A stretch of DNA of 64,000 nucleotides, taken from Acidobacteriota bacterium (lineage in GTDB: Bacteria > Acidobacteriota > UBA6911 > RPQK01 > JAJDTT01). Under the pieces are notes generated by a model. That model had not been told where the DNA came from and searched no databases. It saw nothing but the letters and a program-made list of their open reading frames with translations. The stretch covers positions 5,728,001 through 5,792,000 of the forward strand of contig OZ253580.1 of assembly GCA_965263035.1 (NCBI GenBank), read 5' to 3'. The position numbers and the translations under genes were made by a program. Positions 8,100 to 18,089 of this stretch are shown here, one piece after another; the stretch's first letter is position 1; each line of letters starts with the position of its first letter.

Positions 8100-9740
8100 C
8101 TACCAGAAAACGTAGAAAACGAGGGCCAGGGAAACGGCCGTCACCACGCTGGCCCAGAGCAAGGGGCGGGCCCACAACGGCACGGCCCGGCCGTCCGCCT
8201 CGAAGGGCGACTCCACCAGATCGGGCACGCCCTGTCGGGACCGGTCCAGCCAGCCGCCGACCTTTCGATGGGGCAGGGCAGACGCCGGGTCCCGGCCCAG
8301 GACCAGGGAGGTCAGGATCATGGCGCCTGAGGTGGCGATGATGCTCCAGACGTAGGCGGCGAACTTGTCGGTGAACCAGACCGGAAAGAGATCCAGGCCG
8401 GACCCCACCAGCGCCAGGACACCGTAGCCGGAACCGACCGCCAGGCCGATGATCCCGCTCCGCCGGTGGGCTCGCGTGAAGACCCCCATCAGGTAGACGG
8501 TCATCAGGGGAATGACGAACACGCTGGTGACGCGAATGAAGAAACCGGCGATGTTCTCGAAGCGGAGAATGAAGGGAATGTAGGCGAAGGAGGCGGCCAC
8601 GACGAAAGGGGTCACCCAGCGGCTGACGCGGAAATAGTGGCTGTCTTCCCGGTCCCGGACGAAGAGGCGGGCGTAGATGTCCCGGGTGAAGAGGGCGGCC
8701 AGTGCCGAGCCGATCCCTTCATAGGTCGTGATCGCAGCCGCAATCACTCCGGCCACCACGATTCCCTTCAGCCCCGGTCCCAGGAATTCGTTCACGAGGA
8801 GCGGGTAGATCTGATCGGGCCTTTGCAGGGTCTCGGGCCAGACGGCCCGGCCCAGGATCCCCAGGGTCCCGTTGAAATACATCAGGACTATGGTCATCCC
8901 CGAGGCCAGGAGAACGGACATCTTCACGTCCCATAGCGACCGGGCGCCGAACAGCTTCATGGTCTCGCTGTGATTCACGATGGGGTACGCGGCTCCGATG
9001 ATGAGCCACGCCGCGGTCACCACCAGAGGGTCGGGGCTACCTGGCCGCGAGACGCCGATATGCAGCAGATAGCCGGGCAGGTCGGCTCCCCCCTTGAGGG
9101 TCAGCTTCTCCATGGCGCCCGACCAGCCGCCGGCGGCGTCCCAGAGCACGGTCCACAAGACCAGGACACCCGTGACCATGGCCACCGTCAGGAGCGCGTC
9201 GACCCAGGCGATGGTCTTGAGTCCTCCCCGGGCCGAGTAGAGGGTGGCCATGGCCGCAAACGCCGCCACGGCGATCCAGGCCCAGAACTCGTCGAGACCC
9301 ATGACCAGCGTGAGAGTAAGCTGGAGGGAGATGGCGATTCCCGCCAGGATGTTGGTCCGGTACTGAAACTGCACCAGGGCGCTGACCACCCGGGCCGCCG
9401 GTCCGAATCGATACTCCAGGTACTCGGCGTTGGTGAACAACCCGGCGCGGTACATGGGAGGCAATACGAAGAAGGCCGCGATGGTGTATCCCGTCACCAC
9501 TCCCAGCCACCAGGTCGTGAGGACGGAGATGCCCTCGACGTAGGTCATCCCGTTGACCCCCACGATGTCCCCGCTGTCGACGGAGGTGGCGAAAAGCGAG
9601 ATGGCCACGATCCAGAAGGGGAGACTGCGGCCGCCCAGAAACCAGTCCAGGTTCGTCTTGGTGTCGCGGGAACGCACCAGGCCGTAGCCGAAGACCAAGA
9701 GGTTGAGGCCCAGGACGATGACCCAGTCTATGGTGGACAT
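8100..9740 (-). CDS. Sodium:solute symporter (SSS/SLC5) family transporter
   Basis: WFLGGRSLP, AEYLEYRFG, YSARGGLKTIAWVD, GLKGIVVAGVIAAA; about 13 TM segments. Confidence 0.93.
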   Translation of the reverse strand: MSTIDWVIVLGLNLLVFGYGLVRSRDTKTNLDWFLGGRSLPFWIVAISLFATSVDSGDIVGVNGMTYVEGISVLTTWWLGVVTGYTIAAFFVLPPMYRAGLFTNAEYLEYRFGPAARVVSALVQFQYRTNILAGIAISLQLTLTLVMGLDEFWAWIAVAAFAAMATLYSARGGLKTIAWVDALLTVAMVTGVLVLWTVLWDAAGGWSGAMEKLTLKGGADLPGYLLHIGVSRPGSPDPLVVTAAWLIIGAAYPIVNHSETMKLFGARSLWDVKMSVLLASGMTIVLMYFNGTLGILGRAVWPETLQRPDQIYPLLVNEFLGPGLKGIVVAGVIAAAITTYEGIGSALAALFTRDIYARLFVRDREDSHYFRVSRWVTPFVVAASFAYIPFILRFENIAGFFIRVTSVFVIPLMTVYLMGVFTRAHRRSGIIGLAVGSGYGVLALVGSGLDLFPVWFTDKFAAYVWSIIATSGAMILTSLVLGRDPASALPHRKVGGWLDRSRQGVPDLVESPFEADGRAVPLWARPLLWASVVTAVSLALVFYVFW

Positions 9741-9779
9741 CTCGATTCAGCGCCTACTCACTGCGGGCGTCCGCCGGTT

Positions 9780-10892
9780 TCAGAGTGCCGGCCGGCTGCG
9801 CTCCGCGTACCCGGTCAATTCCACGTATCCCTGTCCCAGCCGGACGCCCCTCGAGGTTTCGACTCTCACCGGGCCCTCCCAGTAGGCGAGCCCAGGCAGA
9901 AGCCGGCTCACGTTCTCGGAATCGGGAACTTCCGGCGTCACCACCATCTCCAGGCTTTCACCCGGGACCCGCACCCGCCACCCGGCGGGATAGCGGGCGC
10001 CGGTGTGGGGGCTGGTCCAGGCGGCGCTGGAGCGGACCGACCACTCGTCAGCTTCCAGATATCGGGTTCTTCCATCTTCTGAAATCAGCGTCCCGTGGGC
10101 GAAATCCACCTGGTTGTCCAGATCCCTCAGGACGTAGAGCATCAGATCGCGGCCGTCCGCCAATTGTAGACTGAACCAGTCCCATCCCACCTGACGGGCT
10201 CCCAACTGTTGGGAGCCGAACTCCTTGTCCATCCAGGAGACGCCCTCCACCTCCAGTTCATCGCTGCCGACGGATACGCGGCCGCGGGTCGCCATCCGGG
10301 TGAAGCTATAGTACTGGCTCGCGGCGCCATCGGCTCCCCCCTTGATGCTGTAGCCGTTGGGACCCTGAAAAATCGGGCCCATGGTCCCGTGGGTCGTGAG
10401 ACGGAAGGAGAAGTCCTGGCTCTCGTCCGAGGCGGCGAGGTCAAAGCCCTCGCCGTTCCAGTGCAGACTCCAGCGGCCGGAACTGCCGGCGGGAGCCCGG
10501 CTCCAGGCGATGAGAGACCCCGAACCGTCCCCGAATTCTCCCAGCAGCGGCATGGCTCGATAGAGAATTTCGGAGAAGAGATGCCGCTTGCCCTTCAGAT
10601 CGGTCACGGCCGCGTGCCCCATGATGACGTCCCGGGCTGTCCAAGTGGAGTCCAACGGCGGCGGCGAGGGCTGCAGCCCGACCCGGAAGAAGGTGAACTG
10701 GTAGCCGAACCGGCGCGGGACCTCCTCCCGAGTCTCCAGGTGTCCTGTGAAATACCACCATTCGGTGCGGTAGCCGGTTCTGGCCCAGTGATCCTGGGGG
10801 AAGGACCAGGCGTAGTCGGGGCGGGCCGGCTTCCAATCGAGGGCCTCTCCCAGCAACAGCAGCAGGACCAAGGCTCCGGTGTAGAACGGCAT
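9780..10892 (-). CDS. AttH/CrtC-like lipocalin-domain protein, exported
   Basis: FPQDH...EWWYFTGHL, WMDKEFGS, GWDWFSLQL, YWEGPV, GYVELTGY; signal-like N-terminus from ATG 10892. Confidence 0.9.
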   Translation of the reverse strand: MPFYTGALVLLLLLGEALDWKPARPDYAWSFPQDHWARTGYRTEWWYFTGHLETREEVPRRFGYQFTFFRVGLQPSPPPLDSTWTARDVIMGHAAVTDLKGKRHLFSEILYRAMPLLGEFGDGSGSLIAWSRAPAGSSGRWSLHWNGEGFDLAASDESQDFSFRLTTHGTMGPIFQGPNGYSIKGGADGAASQYYSFTRMATRGRVSVGSDELEVEGVSWMDKEFGSQQLGARQVGWDWFSLQLADGRDLMLYVLRDLDNQVDFAHGTLISEDGRTRYLEADEWSVRSSAAWTSPHTGARYPAGWRVRVPGESLEMVVTPEVPDSENVSRLLPGLAYWEGPVRVETSRGVRLGQGYVELTGYAERSRPAL

Positions 10893-10897
10893 TTCGG

Positions 10898-13420
10898 CTA
10901 AAGATCCTCTCGGCTGAGCTGAGTCGCGGGGGTTCGGCTGGCCGCCAGCGCCGGATACAGGCTCGCCAGCACCGCCGCCGCCAGGATGGTCGCCGCTTGG
11001 GCCAGGACGGTTCCCCAGGGCCAGTGGACCTGGATGGTCCACCCGAAGTAGGCGCGATTGATGACGAAGACCAGAATGGCCGCCAGGATGACTCCACCAC
11101 CGAGACCGAGGGCGAGACCGGTGACTCCCATCCCCAGCCCCTTGCCCACGAAGATTCGAAAGAGCTGAGACCGCCGGGCGCCGAGGGACCGGTAGAGGGC
11201 GAGCTCGGCCGACTCTTCCCGGGCCAGCACCAACAACGTCAAGATGATGCCCGCGACGGCGATCAGCAGGCTCGTCCCCTGCAGAAGACGGGTGACGGCA
11301 AAGGTCTGATCGAAGATCTCCATCACCTCCTGGCGCAGCTTCCGGTTGCTTCGAAACAGAAGAGAGTCTCCTGCGTGTTCTGCCTTGAGACGGTCAATGG
11401 TTTGGCCGGTGTCGGCGCCGGGCCTCAGATAGAGAGCTGCACTGTGGACGGGCCCCGGACCGAAGAGTTTCTCCATAGTCTCCAGGCCGACCACTGCCAG
11501 CCCCGTTCCGGGCTGATAGTCGTAGTAGATGCCGGCAATGGGAACCTGCGCGTCGCCGGTTGGCGTGACCAGAGGGAGACGCTCCCCCGGCTCCAGACCG
11601 CGCCGCCGGGCCAGAGTTTCCCCCACCAGTGCCGCGCCCTCTTCCCGGAACTGCCGGTAGACGGCGTCCGGATCCCCTCCCGTAAGAGGAAATCGAGCCT
11701 CTCCCCCGGGAAGGCCGGTCTCCACCCCGGCCAGAAAGATGCGCTCGCTCCCGGACTGGACCGTCAGCCTCCGGTAGCGGTCGAAGGCCACGACGTCCTC
11801 TGAGCGGACCAATTCGGAAACCAGCGCCGGGCTCAGGGCAGTCTCGTCGCCTCTCCCCCTCCAGGACTCGGTCTTGACGTAGATATCGGCCTGGACCGAG
11901 GTCTGAAGCCAGACTTCCAGCGTCTTCCGGAAGCTGCTGGTCTTGAGGGTCACACCGACCATCATGCTGACCGCGATGGCGAGCGAGGAGGCCGTGAAGA
12001 CGGTGGTGGTCCAGCGCCCCGCCAGGGATCGGAACCCGTACCCCACGCCGAGCCCGGACAGGGGCAGCAGCGACGCCGCCCGGACCAGGAGGGGGGTGAA
12101 CAGCGGGATGGCCACCAACAGAGCGATCCCGAGAACGAATCCGGCCGGTCGCCAGTCCGCGGCGAATTGGTACCAGACCGCCGCCAGTGCCAGAATCCCG
12201 GTCCCCGCCAGCGCCAGGGGAATCGCCGACGTGCGCACCTTTTGCTGCAGGAGACGGGAGGAGAGCAGCGACCTGGGAGGGGAGAGGCAGAGGTCCAGGG
12301 CAGGGAGCAGGGTCCCGGCCAGCGCGGCGCCCATGCCGGCCGCGGCGCCCGCCAGGTAGACCCACGGGGGAACTTGGAGAGTGGTGATCTCGTTCAGGAG
12401 ATAGACCTGCGTCAGGGTGGCGCTGACGGCGTCCACGTTGGCTCTGGCGGCCCAGTAGCCCAACCCGGTTCCCAGGACCACTCCCAGCGCTCCCACCAGG
12501 GCCGCCTCGAAGGCGATGAGTCCCAACATCTGCGCCCGCGTCGCGCCCACGGACCGGAGCACTCCGAATTCGCGCCTCCGTCGCACCAGCAGTGCTTGGG
12601 AGCTGGTGTAGACGACGAAGCTGCCGACGAAGAGGCTGATCAGGCTCAGAGCCGTCAGGTTCAGGCGGAATGCGCTCAGGAGGCCGGCCGCCTCGTCCTC
12701 TCTCTGCGTCGGAGTCAGCACTTCCACCGAAGGACCCAGGCGCCTTTCCAGAAGCGTCTTGAGACCCGCGCGATCTTCAGCCTCCGCCTCGACATGGATC
12801 TCGTGCAACTCGCCCGGCCGGCCCAGCAGGCCCTGGACCTGGGAGATGTCCATGACCGCCAGCTTGGCTCCGGCCAGGGTCGTGACTCGAGCGAAGTCCA
12901 CCAGGGCGCCGATGACCAGGCGGGCCTCCCGCGGGCCGCAGGAAACCTGGATCGACTCTCCCACCGACCAGCCCTGGGCCCGGGCCAGTTCGGGAGTCAC
13001 GGCCATCCAACCGGGTTGGGTCAATGCCTCGGACGCCTTCTCCCGGCCCAGCAGCTTCAGACTGTCCCGCGAAGCCGGAGCAAGGAGATCGATGCCCATC
13101 ACCTCCAGGAGCAAGGAATCCGATCCCTTGACCGCCACATCCAGCCGGTAGACGGGCCAGGCTCCCCGGACGCCCCGGGTGCCGAGCACTTCGGGAAAGA
13201 GGCTCTCCCGCAGGGTCTGGTTCATGCCCCGAACGGTGAGGTCCGCTTCCGACCCCACGGCCCGAAGGGCTCCCCGGAACGCGGCCACGGCGCTCAGGTT
13301 GATGATCTGGACCGAGAGGACCGAGGCGACGCCCAGGGCGACGCCGAAGACCGTCAAGGCATAGAGCGACCGGCCCGACCGGAGGCGCGTCTTGAACGTC
13401 TGCAGCAGGTAGCGCCTCAT
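10898..13420 (-). CDS. FtsX/MacB-type ABC permease (AttFG-like, duplicated domains)
   Basis: GVALGVA N-terminus, RRREFGVLRSVGA and ELALYRSLGA FtsX motifs; ATGA overlap with the ATPase. Confidence 0.92.
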   Translation of the reverse strand: MRRYLLQTFKTRLRSGRSLYALTVFGVALGVASVLSVQIINLSAVAAFRGALRAVGSEADLTVRGMNQTLRESLFPEVLGTRGVRGAWPVYRLDVAVKGSDSLLLEVMGIDLLAPASRDSLKLLGREKASEALTQPGWMAVTPELARAQGWSVGESIQVSCGPREARLVIGALVDFARVTTLAGAKLAVMDISQVQGLLGRPGELHEIHVEAEAEDRAGLKTLLERRLGPSVEVLTPTQREDEAAGLLSAFRLNLTALSLISLFVGSFVVYTSSQALLVRRRREFGVLRSVGATRAQMLGLIAFEAALVGALGVVLGTGLGYWAARANVDAVSATLTQVYLLNEITTLQVPPWVYLAGAAAGMGAALAGTLLPALDLCLSPPRSLLSSRLLQQKVRTSAIPLALAGTGILALAAVWYQFAADWRPAGFVLGIALLVAIPLFTPLLVRAASLLPLSGLGVGYGFRSLAGRWTTTVFTASSLAIAVSMMVGVTLKTSSFRKTLEVWLQTSVQADIYVKTESWRGRGDETALSPALVSELVRSEDVVAFDRYRRLTVQSGSERIFLAGVETGLPGGEARFPLTGGDPDAVYRQFREEGAALVGETLARRRGLEPGERLPLVTPTGDAQVPIAGIYYDYQPGTGLAVVGLETMEKLFGPGPVHSAALYLRPGADTGQTIDRLKAEHAGDSLLFRSNRKLRQEVMEIFDQTFAVTRLLQGTSLLIAVAGIILTLLVLAREESAELALYRSLGARRSQLFRIFVGKGLGMGVTGLALGLGGGVILAAILVFVINRAYFGWTIQVHWPWGTVLAQAATILAAAVLASLYPALAASRTPATQLSREDL

Positions 13421-14097
13421 GCGGCGTCCAGGACTCCGCTGTGGATCCGCCAAACATCGTCGGCCAGCCCCGCCAGCTCCCGGCTGTGGGTGACGTAGAC
13501 CAGAGTGGCGCTCTCCTGGGCCACCAGCTCCAGCATCAGCTCCAGGACGAGCCACGAGTTCTCGTCGTCCAGGTTCCCCGTGGGCTCATCCGCCAGGATC
13601 AGCTGCGGACGTTGCAGGAGAGCCCGGCAGATGGCGACCCGCTGCATCTCTCCGCCGCTCAGGTTGCTGACCGGATCCGCGGCGCGATCGGCCAGGCCGA
13701 CCCGTTCCAACAGCCGCAGGACCCGGGGTTCGAAGTCACGTTGTTTCCCGCCGGCCACCAATGCCGGGAGTCCCACGTTCTCTTTGACCGAAAGGTGGGG
13801 CAGGAGATGGAAGAACTGGAAGACGAGTCCGATCTCGTTTCTTCTCAGCAGCGTCCGTTCCCGGTCCGAGAAGCGGGACAGGTCGTTTCCCAGAATCTCG
13901 ACCCGGCCGTGGGTCGGAAGGTCGATTCCGGCAGCCAGATGAAGGAGGGTGGACTTGCCGCTGCCGCTTCGGCCCACGATGGCGACGCGGCGACCCGGCG
14001 CCACCTGAAAGGAGACGTCGTGAAGGGCCGTCAGCCCCCCTCCGGCCGATTCCTCATAGGTCTTCGAGACGTGTGAAAACTCCAGGATGGGATTCAT
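13417..14097 (-). CDS. ABC transporter ATP-binding protein (LolD/AttE-like)
   Basis: Walker A GRSGSGKS, LSGGEMQRVA, ILADEPTGNLD, VTH. Confidence 0.95.
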   Translation of the reverse strand: MNPILEFSHVSKTYEESAGGGLTALHDVSFQVAPGRRVAIVGRSGSGKSTLLHLAAGIDLPTHGRVEILGNDLSRFSDRERTLLRRNEIGLVFQFFHLLPHLSVKENVGLPALVAGGKQRDFEPRVLRLLERVGLADRAADPVSNLSGGEMQRVAICRALLQRPQLILADEPTGNLDDENSWLVLELMLELVAQESATLVYVTHSRELAGLADDVWRIHSGVLDAA

Positions 14098-14284
14098 CTC
14101 AATAGAACAGGTTAGGGGGAACGGCGGAATGAATTCAACAGATTCCGGAGGATTTGCTTGCACCCGAAGGTTTACGGGAAGAGTTGTCCGGTGGGGACAG
14201 GCGGTGGGGCCGGGGTCTCGAACAAACTATATTTCGATATAATTATTAGCGTATTTATGGACGATTTCCGGCCCAATTCAGAAG

Positions 14285-14402
14285 TTGAATTTCATTATCA
14301 TATAATTACGTCATGAACGTGAAAGTCATTATCAATGATATTGATAATCAATATCTTCGGAAGTGAAATCCAATATCATTGAAATTGATTTTCTATTTCA
14401 TT
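14285..14402. promoter_or_regulatory. AT-rich array of Fur-box-like sites upstream of ferritin
   Basis: Perfect palindrome GATATTGATAATCAATATC at 14337-14355 (17/19 to the GATAATGATAATCATTATC consensus) plus neighbouring TGA-N9-TCA-type sites. Confidence 0.8.
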
Positions 14403-14429
14403 AAGTCGTTTAAATACTATGATTTACAT

Positions 14430-14459
14430 TTGACATTCCAGACAATATATATGTATATT
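14430..14459 (+). promoter_or_regulatory. Putative sigma70 promoter of ferritin
   Basis: TTGACA (14430-14435), 18-nt spacer, TATATT (14454-14459). Confidence 0.6.
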
Positions 14460-14524
14460 TATCCTCGGACAGTCAAAACGCCGGGCCCGGAATGGAAACG
14501 GCTACGAACACGGAGGAGTCAAAT

Positions 14525-15010
14525 ATGAACGGGAAAATAAATCAAGCCTTGAATAATCAGATTCACATGGAGTTTGAATCCTCCTACCTCTACCTGGCCC
14601 TGTCGGCCTACTACGACTCGAACGACCTGCCCGGATTCGCGCACTGGATGAGAGCGCAGAGCCGGGAGGAGTACGGGCACGCCATGAGGTTGTTCGACTA
14701 CCTCCTGACTCGTGGCGCGAAGGTCGATCTGGATGCCCTCGCCAAACCCGCCGATGGGTTCACCTCCCCGGTGAGGGCCTTCGATCGAGTCCTCAAGCAT
14801 GAAACACGCGTCACCCAGTCCATCCACAAACTCTATATGCTCGCCCTGGACGAGGGCGATCTGGCCACCGGAGTGGAGCTCCAGTGGTTCATCCAGGAGC
14901 AGGTCGAGGAAGAAAAATCGGCCTCCGAGGTCGCGGCTCGACTGCGCTGGGGCGGAGGCGAGCCCATGGGCTTGCTGATGGTGGACCGCGAACTGGCCAA
15001 ACGGAATTAA
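14525..15010 (+). CDS. ftnA: Non-heme ferritin
   Basis: Ferroxidase residues in MEFESSYLY, REEYGHA, HETRVT, QWFIQEQVEEE; GGAGGAG RBS before ATG 14525. Confidence 0.95.
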   Translation: MNGKINQALNNQIHMEFESSYLYLALSAYYDSNDLPGFAHWMRAQSREEYGHAMRLFDYLLTRGAKVDLDALAKPADGFTSPVRAFDRVLKHETRVTQSIHKLYMLALDEGDLATGVELQWFIQEQVEEEKSASEVAARLRWGGGEPMGLLMVDRELAKRN

Positions 15011-15051
15011 CCCGGAATTTACCCGCAGGCGGTGATCCCTCCTGCAACGAC

Positions 15052-15084
15052 TCCCAAGGGACCTCGAACCGGGGTTCCTTGGGA
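15052..15084 (+). terminator. Stem-loop downstream of ferritin (possible terminator)
   Basis: TCCCAAGGGACC...GGTTCCTTGGGA stem; no strong U-tract. Confidence 0.4.
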
Positions 15085-15133
15085 CGGCGATTCTTGACAC
15101 TTTCGGCGCGCGCTTGGTAGCTTCGGGCGCCTC

Positions 15134-16768
15134 ATGAGTACCTACCAGATCGGCGATTATCGGCAGACCTACGCCAGTTTCCGCCTCACCCGCCCCGAAC
15201 GCTACAACTGGGCCTTCGACGTGTTCGACCGCTGGGCCGGCGATCCGGGCAAGTTGGCCATGCGTTGGGTCAGCGATGCCGGAAATGTCCGGAAGGTGAC
15301 GTTTCGCGAATTCTCCCGGACCTCGAACCGGTTCGCCAACGCACTGTCCGGACTGGCGGTGGAACCGGGAGAGCGGGTCTTCGTCATGCTCCCCCGGGTC
15401 GTCGAATGGTGGGAGGTCCTCCTGGGGGGAATCCGGGCCCGGGTCGTCAGCGTGCCGGGCACCACGTTGCTGAGGCACAAGGACATCGTCTACCGGATCA
15501 ACGCCTCGGGTGCTTCGGTGGCCGTGACCGATGCCGCCAACGCAGACAGGATCGAGGCTGTGCGCCCGGAGTGCCCGCGGTTGCGGCACGTCATCGTCGT
15601 GGGCGGGAGCCCCGGTTGCCTCGGCTATGAGGACCTGCTGGCGAAGAGTTCCCCCAGTATGGATCATCCCCGGAATCTCTCCACCGATCCCCTCATGATC
15701 TACTTCACCTCGGGAACCACCGGACCGCCCAAGATGGTCGTGAACGACCATGCCAGCTATCCGAAAGCTCACGTCATCACCGGCAAGTTCTGGCTGGACA
15801 ACCGGCCCACCGACCTTCACTGGACGCTGTCGGACACGGGATGGGCCCAGGCCGCCTGGACCTGCCTGTTCGCGCCCTGGAACATGGGGGCGGCGATCTT
15901 CATCTGGGACCACCGGGGCCGCTTCGATGCGGAGCGGACCCTGCGGATGCTCCACGAGCATCCGATAACGACCTTCTTCGCGCCTCCCACCGCCTACCGG
16001 ATGCTGGTTCAGCAGGATCTGACCCGTTGGCCGGCTCGAGCCCTGCGGCACTGTCTGGGAGCCGGGGAGGCGGTCAACCCCGAGGTGATCGCCACCTGGA
16101 AGGGGGCGATGGGTCATCACATCTGGGAAGGCTACGGTCAGACCGAGACCGTTCTCTGCGTGGCCACCTTTCCGGGTATGGAATATCGGCCCGGGTCCAT
16201 GGGAGTCGCCTCACCCGGGTTCCGGATGGGAGTGGTGGACGACTCGGGGAATGAAGTCGCTCCCGGAGAGGAGGGAGAGATCGCCATCCGGGTGCGCCCC
16301 GACCGGCCTCTGGGCCTGTTCTGCGGGTACTACCGGAACCCGGAGGCGACCGCAAGCTGTTTCGTAGGCGATTGGTACACCACCGGAGACCGCGCCACCC
16401 GGGACGAGGACGGCTACTTCTACTTCGTCAGCCGCACCGACGACGTCATCAACACCTCCGCCTATCGGGTCGGGCCCTTCGAGGTGGAGTCGGCGTTGCT
16501 GGAGCATCCGGCGGTGGCGGAGGTGGCCGTGGTGGGGAGTCCCGACCAACTGCGGGGAGAGATCATCAAGGCTTTCGTCGTCCTCGGTCAGTCCGCCCGG
16601 CCCTCGGAGGACCTGATCCGGGAATTGCAGGCCCACGTCCGCAACGTCACCGCTCCCTACAAATACCCTCGTGAAATGGAGTTCATCGACGAACTGCCCA
16701 AGACCATCAGCGGAAAGATTCGCCGCAACGAGCTCCGAAGGTGGGAGCTGGAGAAGAAGGCCCGCTGA
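15134..16768 (+). CDS. Medium-chain acyl-CoA synthetase (ACSM-like AMP-binding protein)
   Basis: YFTSGTTGPPK, SDTGWA, EGYGQTET, YTTGD, LPKTISGKIRR. Confidence 0.95.
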   Translation: MSTYQIGDYRQTYASFRLTRPERYNWAFDVFDRWAGDPGKLAMRWVSDAGNVRKVTFREFSRTSNRFANALSGLAVEPGERVFVMLPRVVEWWEVLLGGIRARVVSVPGTTLLRHKDIVYRINASGASVAVTDAANADRIEAVRPECPRLRHVIVVGGSPGCLGYEDLLAKSSPSMDHPRNLSTDPLMIYFTSGTTGPPKMVVNDHASYPKAHVITGKFWLDNRPTDLHWTLSDTGWAQAAWTCLFAPWNMGAAIFIWDHRGRFDAERTLRMLHEHPITTFFAPPTAYRMLVQQDLTRWPARALRHCLGAGEAVNPEVIATWKGAMGHHIWEGYGQTETVLCVATFPGMEYRPGSMGVASPGFRMGVVDDSGNEVAPGEEGEIAIRVRPDRPLGLFCGYYRNPEATASCFVGDWYTTGDRATRDEDGYFYFVSRTDDVINTSAYRVGPFEVESALLEHPAVAEVAVVGSPDQLRGEIIKAFVVLGQSARPSEDLIRELQAHVRNVTAPYKYPREMEFIDELPKTISGKIRRNELRRWELEKKAR

Positions 16769-16799
16769 CTCTCGCCTCATCCCCGAAAGCCGACCGTTC

Positions 16800-17939
16800 A
16801 TGCCCTTTTCCGAAGACCACGAGCTCTTTCGCGAGTCTCTGAGACGCTTCGTGCAGGAGGAGATCCTGCCTCACGTGGAGGAGTGGGAAGAGAAGGAGGA
16901 GACGCCCCGTTCGCTGTTCGAGCGCATGGGGGAACTGGGTTTCCTCGGCGCCGAGTATCCGCCCGAATACGGCGGCGGCGGCGCCGACTTCTGGATGTCG
17001 GTGGTCCTGGCCGAAGAGCTGGCGCGCTGCCGCTCCGGCGGCGTGGCCTTCGGCGTCATCGTGCATACGGACATGTCCTCCCCCTGGCTGGTCCACTTCG
17101 GAACCGAGGCCCAGAAACGGCGCTATCTGCACGACATCATTCTGGGCCACAAGATCTGTGCCCTGGCCATCACCGAACCGGACACCGGATCGGACATGGC
17201 GGCCCTCTCGACGCGTGCGGTCCGGGACGGCAACGACTGGATTCTGACCGGGGCCAAGACCTTCATCACCAACGGCGTGAACGGAGATCTCTACTTCGTG
17301 GCCGCCCGTACCCGGGAGGACGGCCCCCGTCGCGAGCGCCTCTCCCAGTTCCTGGTGGAGCGTGGCAGCCCCGGCTTCAGCGTGGGACGGAAGCTCAAGA
17401 AGACCGGGATGTTGGCTTCGGACACGGCCGAGCTAGTCTTCGACGAAGTGCGGGTTCCCGGCGAGAACCTCCTGGGAGTGGAAGGACAGGGGTTCGCGCA
17501 ACTGGTGTCGGGCCTGCAACGGGAACGGCTCGCGGCGGCGGTGTTGTGCGTTTCCGCCGCCCAGCAGGCACTGGAGGACTGCGTCGAGTACCTGAACCAG
17601 CGCCATGCCTTCGGCCGGCCCCTCGCCCGGTTTCAGGCCCTGGCCCACCGGCTGGCCGACATGGCCACGGAGGCGGAAGCGGCCAGGCACCTCACCTACC
17701 ACGCCGCCTCCCTCTTCGCGTCGGGGCAGGAGTGCACCCGGGTGGTGTCGATGGCCAAGCTCTACGCCACCGAGATGGCCAATCGCGTCGCCTACCACGC
17801 CGTGCAGATGCACGGCGGGTACGGGTACATGCGAGAGTATGCCGTGGAGCGTTTCGCCCGGGACTATCGACTCTGGCCCATCGCGTCGGGCACGTCCGAG
17901 ATCATGCGGGAGATCATCTCCCGTGACTTGTTGCGGTAA
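16800..17939 (+). CDS. Acyl-CoA dehydrogenase
   Basis: ALAITEPDTGSD, GAKTFITNG, RHAFGRPL, QMHGGYGYMREY, GTSEIMR. Confidence 0.95.
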   Translation: MPFSEDHELFRESLRRFVQEEILPHVEEWEEKEETPRSLFERMGELGFLGAEYPPEYGGGGADFWMSVVLAEELARCRSGGVAFGVIVHTDMSSPWLVHFGTEAQKRRYLHDIILGHKICALAITEPDTGSDMAALSTRAVRDGNDWILTGAKTFITNGVNGDLYFVAARTREDGPRRERLSQFLVERGSPGFSVGRKLKKTGMLASDTAELVFDEVRVPGENLLGVEGQGFAQLVSGLQRERLAAAVLCVSAAQQALEDCVEYLNQRHAFGRPLARFQALAHRLADMATEAEAARHLTYHAASLFASGQECTRVVSMAKLYATEMANRVAYHAVQMHGGYGYMREYAVERFARDYRLWPIASGTSEIMREIISRDLLR

Positions 17940-17953
17940 GGGAGCGGCGGCTT

Positions 17954-18085
17954 GGAGCGGCGACATCCTTGTCGCCGACCAGGGGGGTAGGGGGGACGGA
18001 GTCCCCACTTTACGCTTCTCTACGTTTCTCACCCGCGGATTCGCGTGGCAAAAGGGAAGAGGAGGCGATTAGAAATCGCCCCTCC
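17954..18085. repeat. REP-like pair between convergent genes
   Basis: GGAGCGGCGACATCCTTGTCGCC (17954-17976) and GGCGATTAGAAATCGCCCCTCC (18064-18085). Confidence 0.75.
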
Positions 18086-18089
18086 AATC

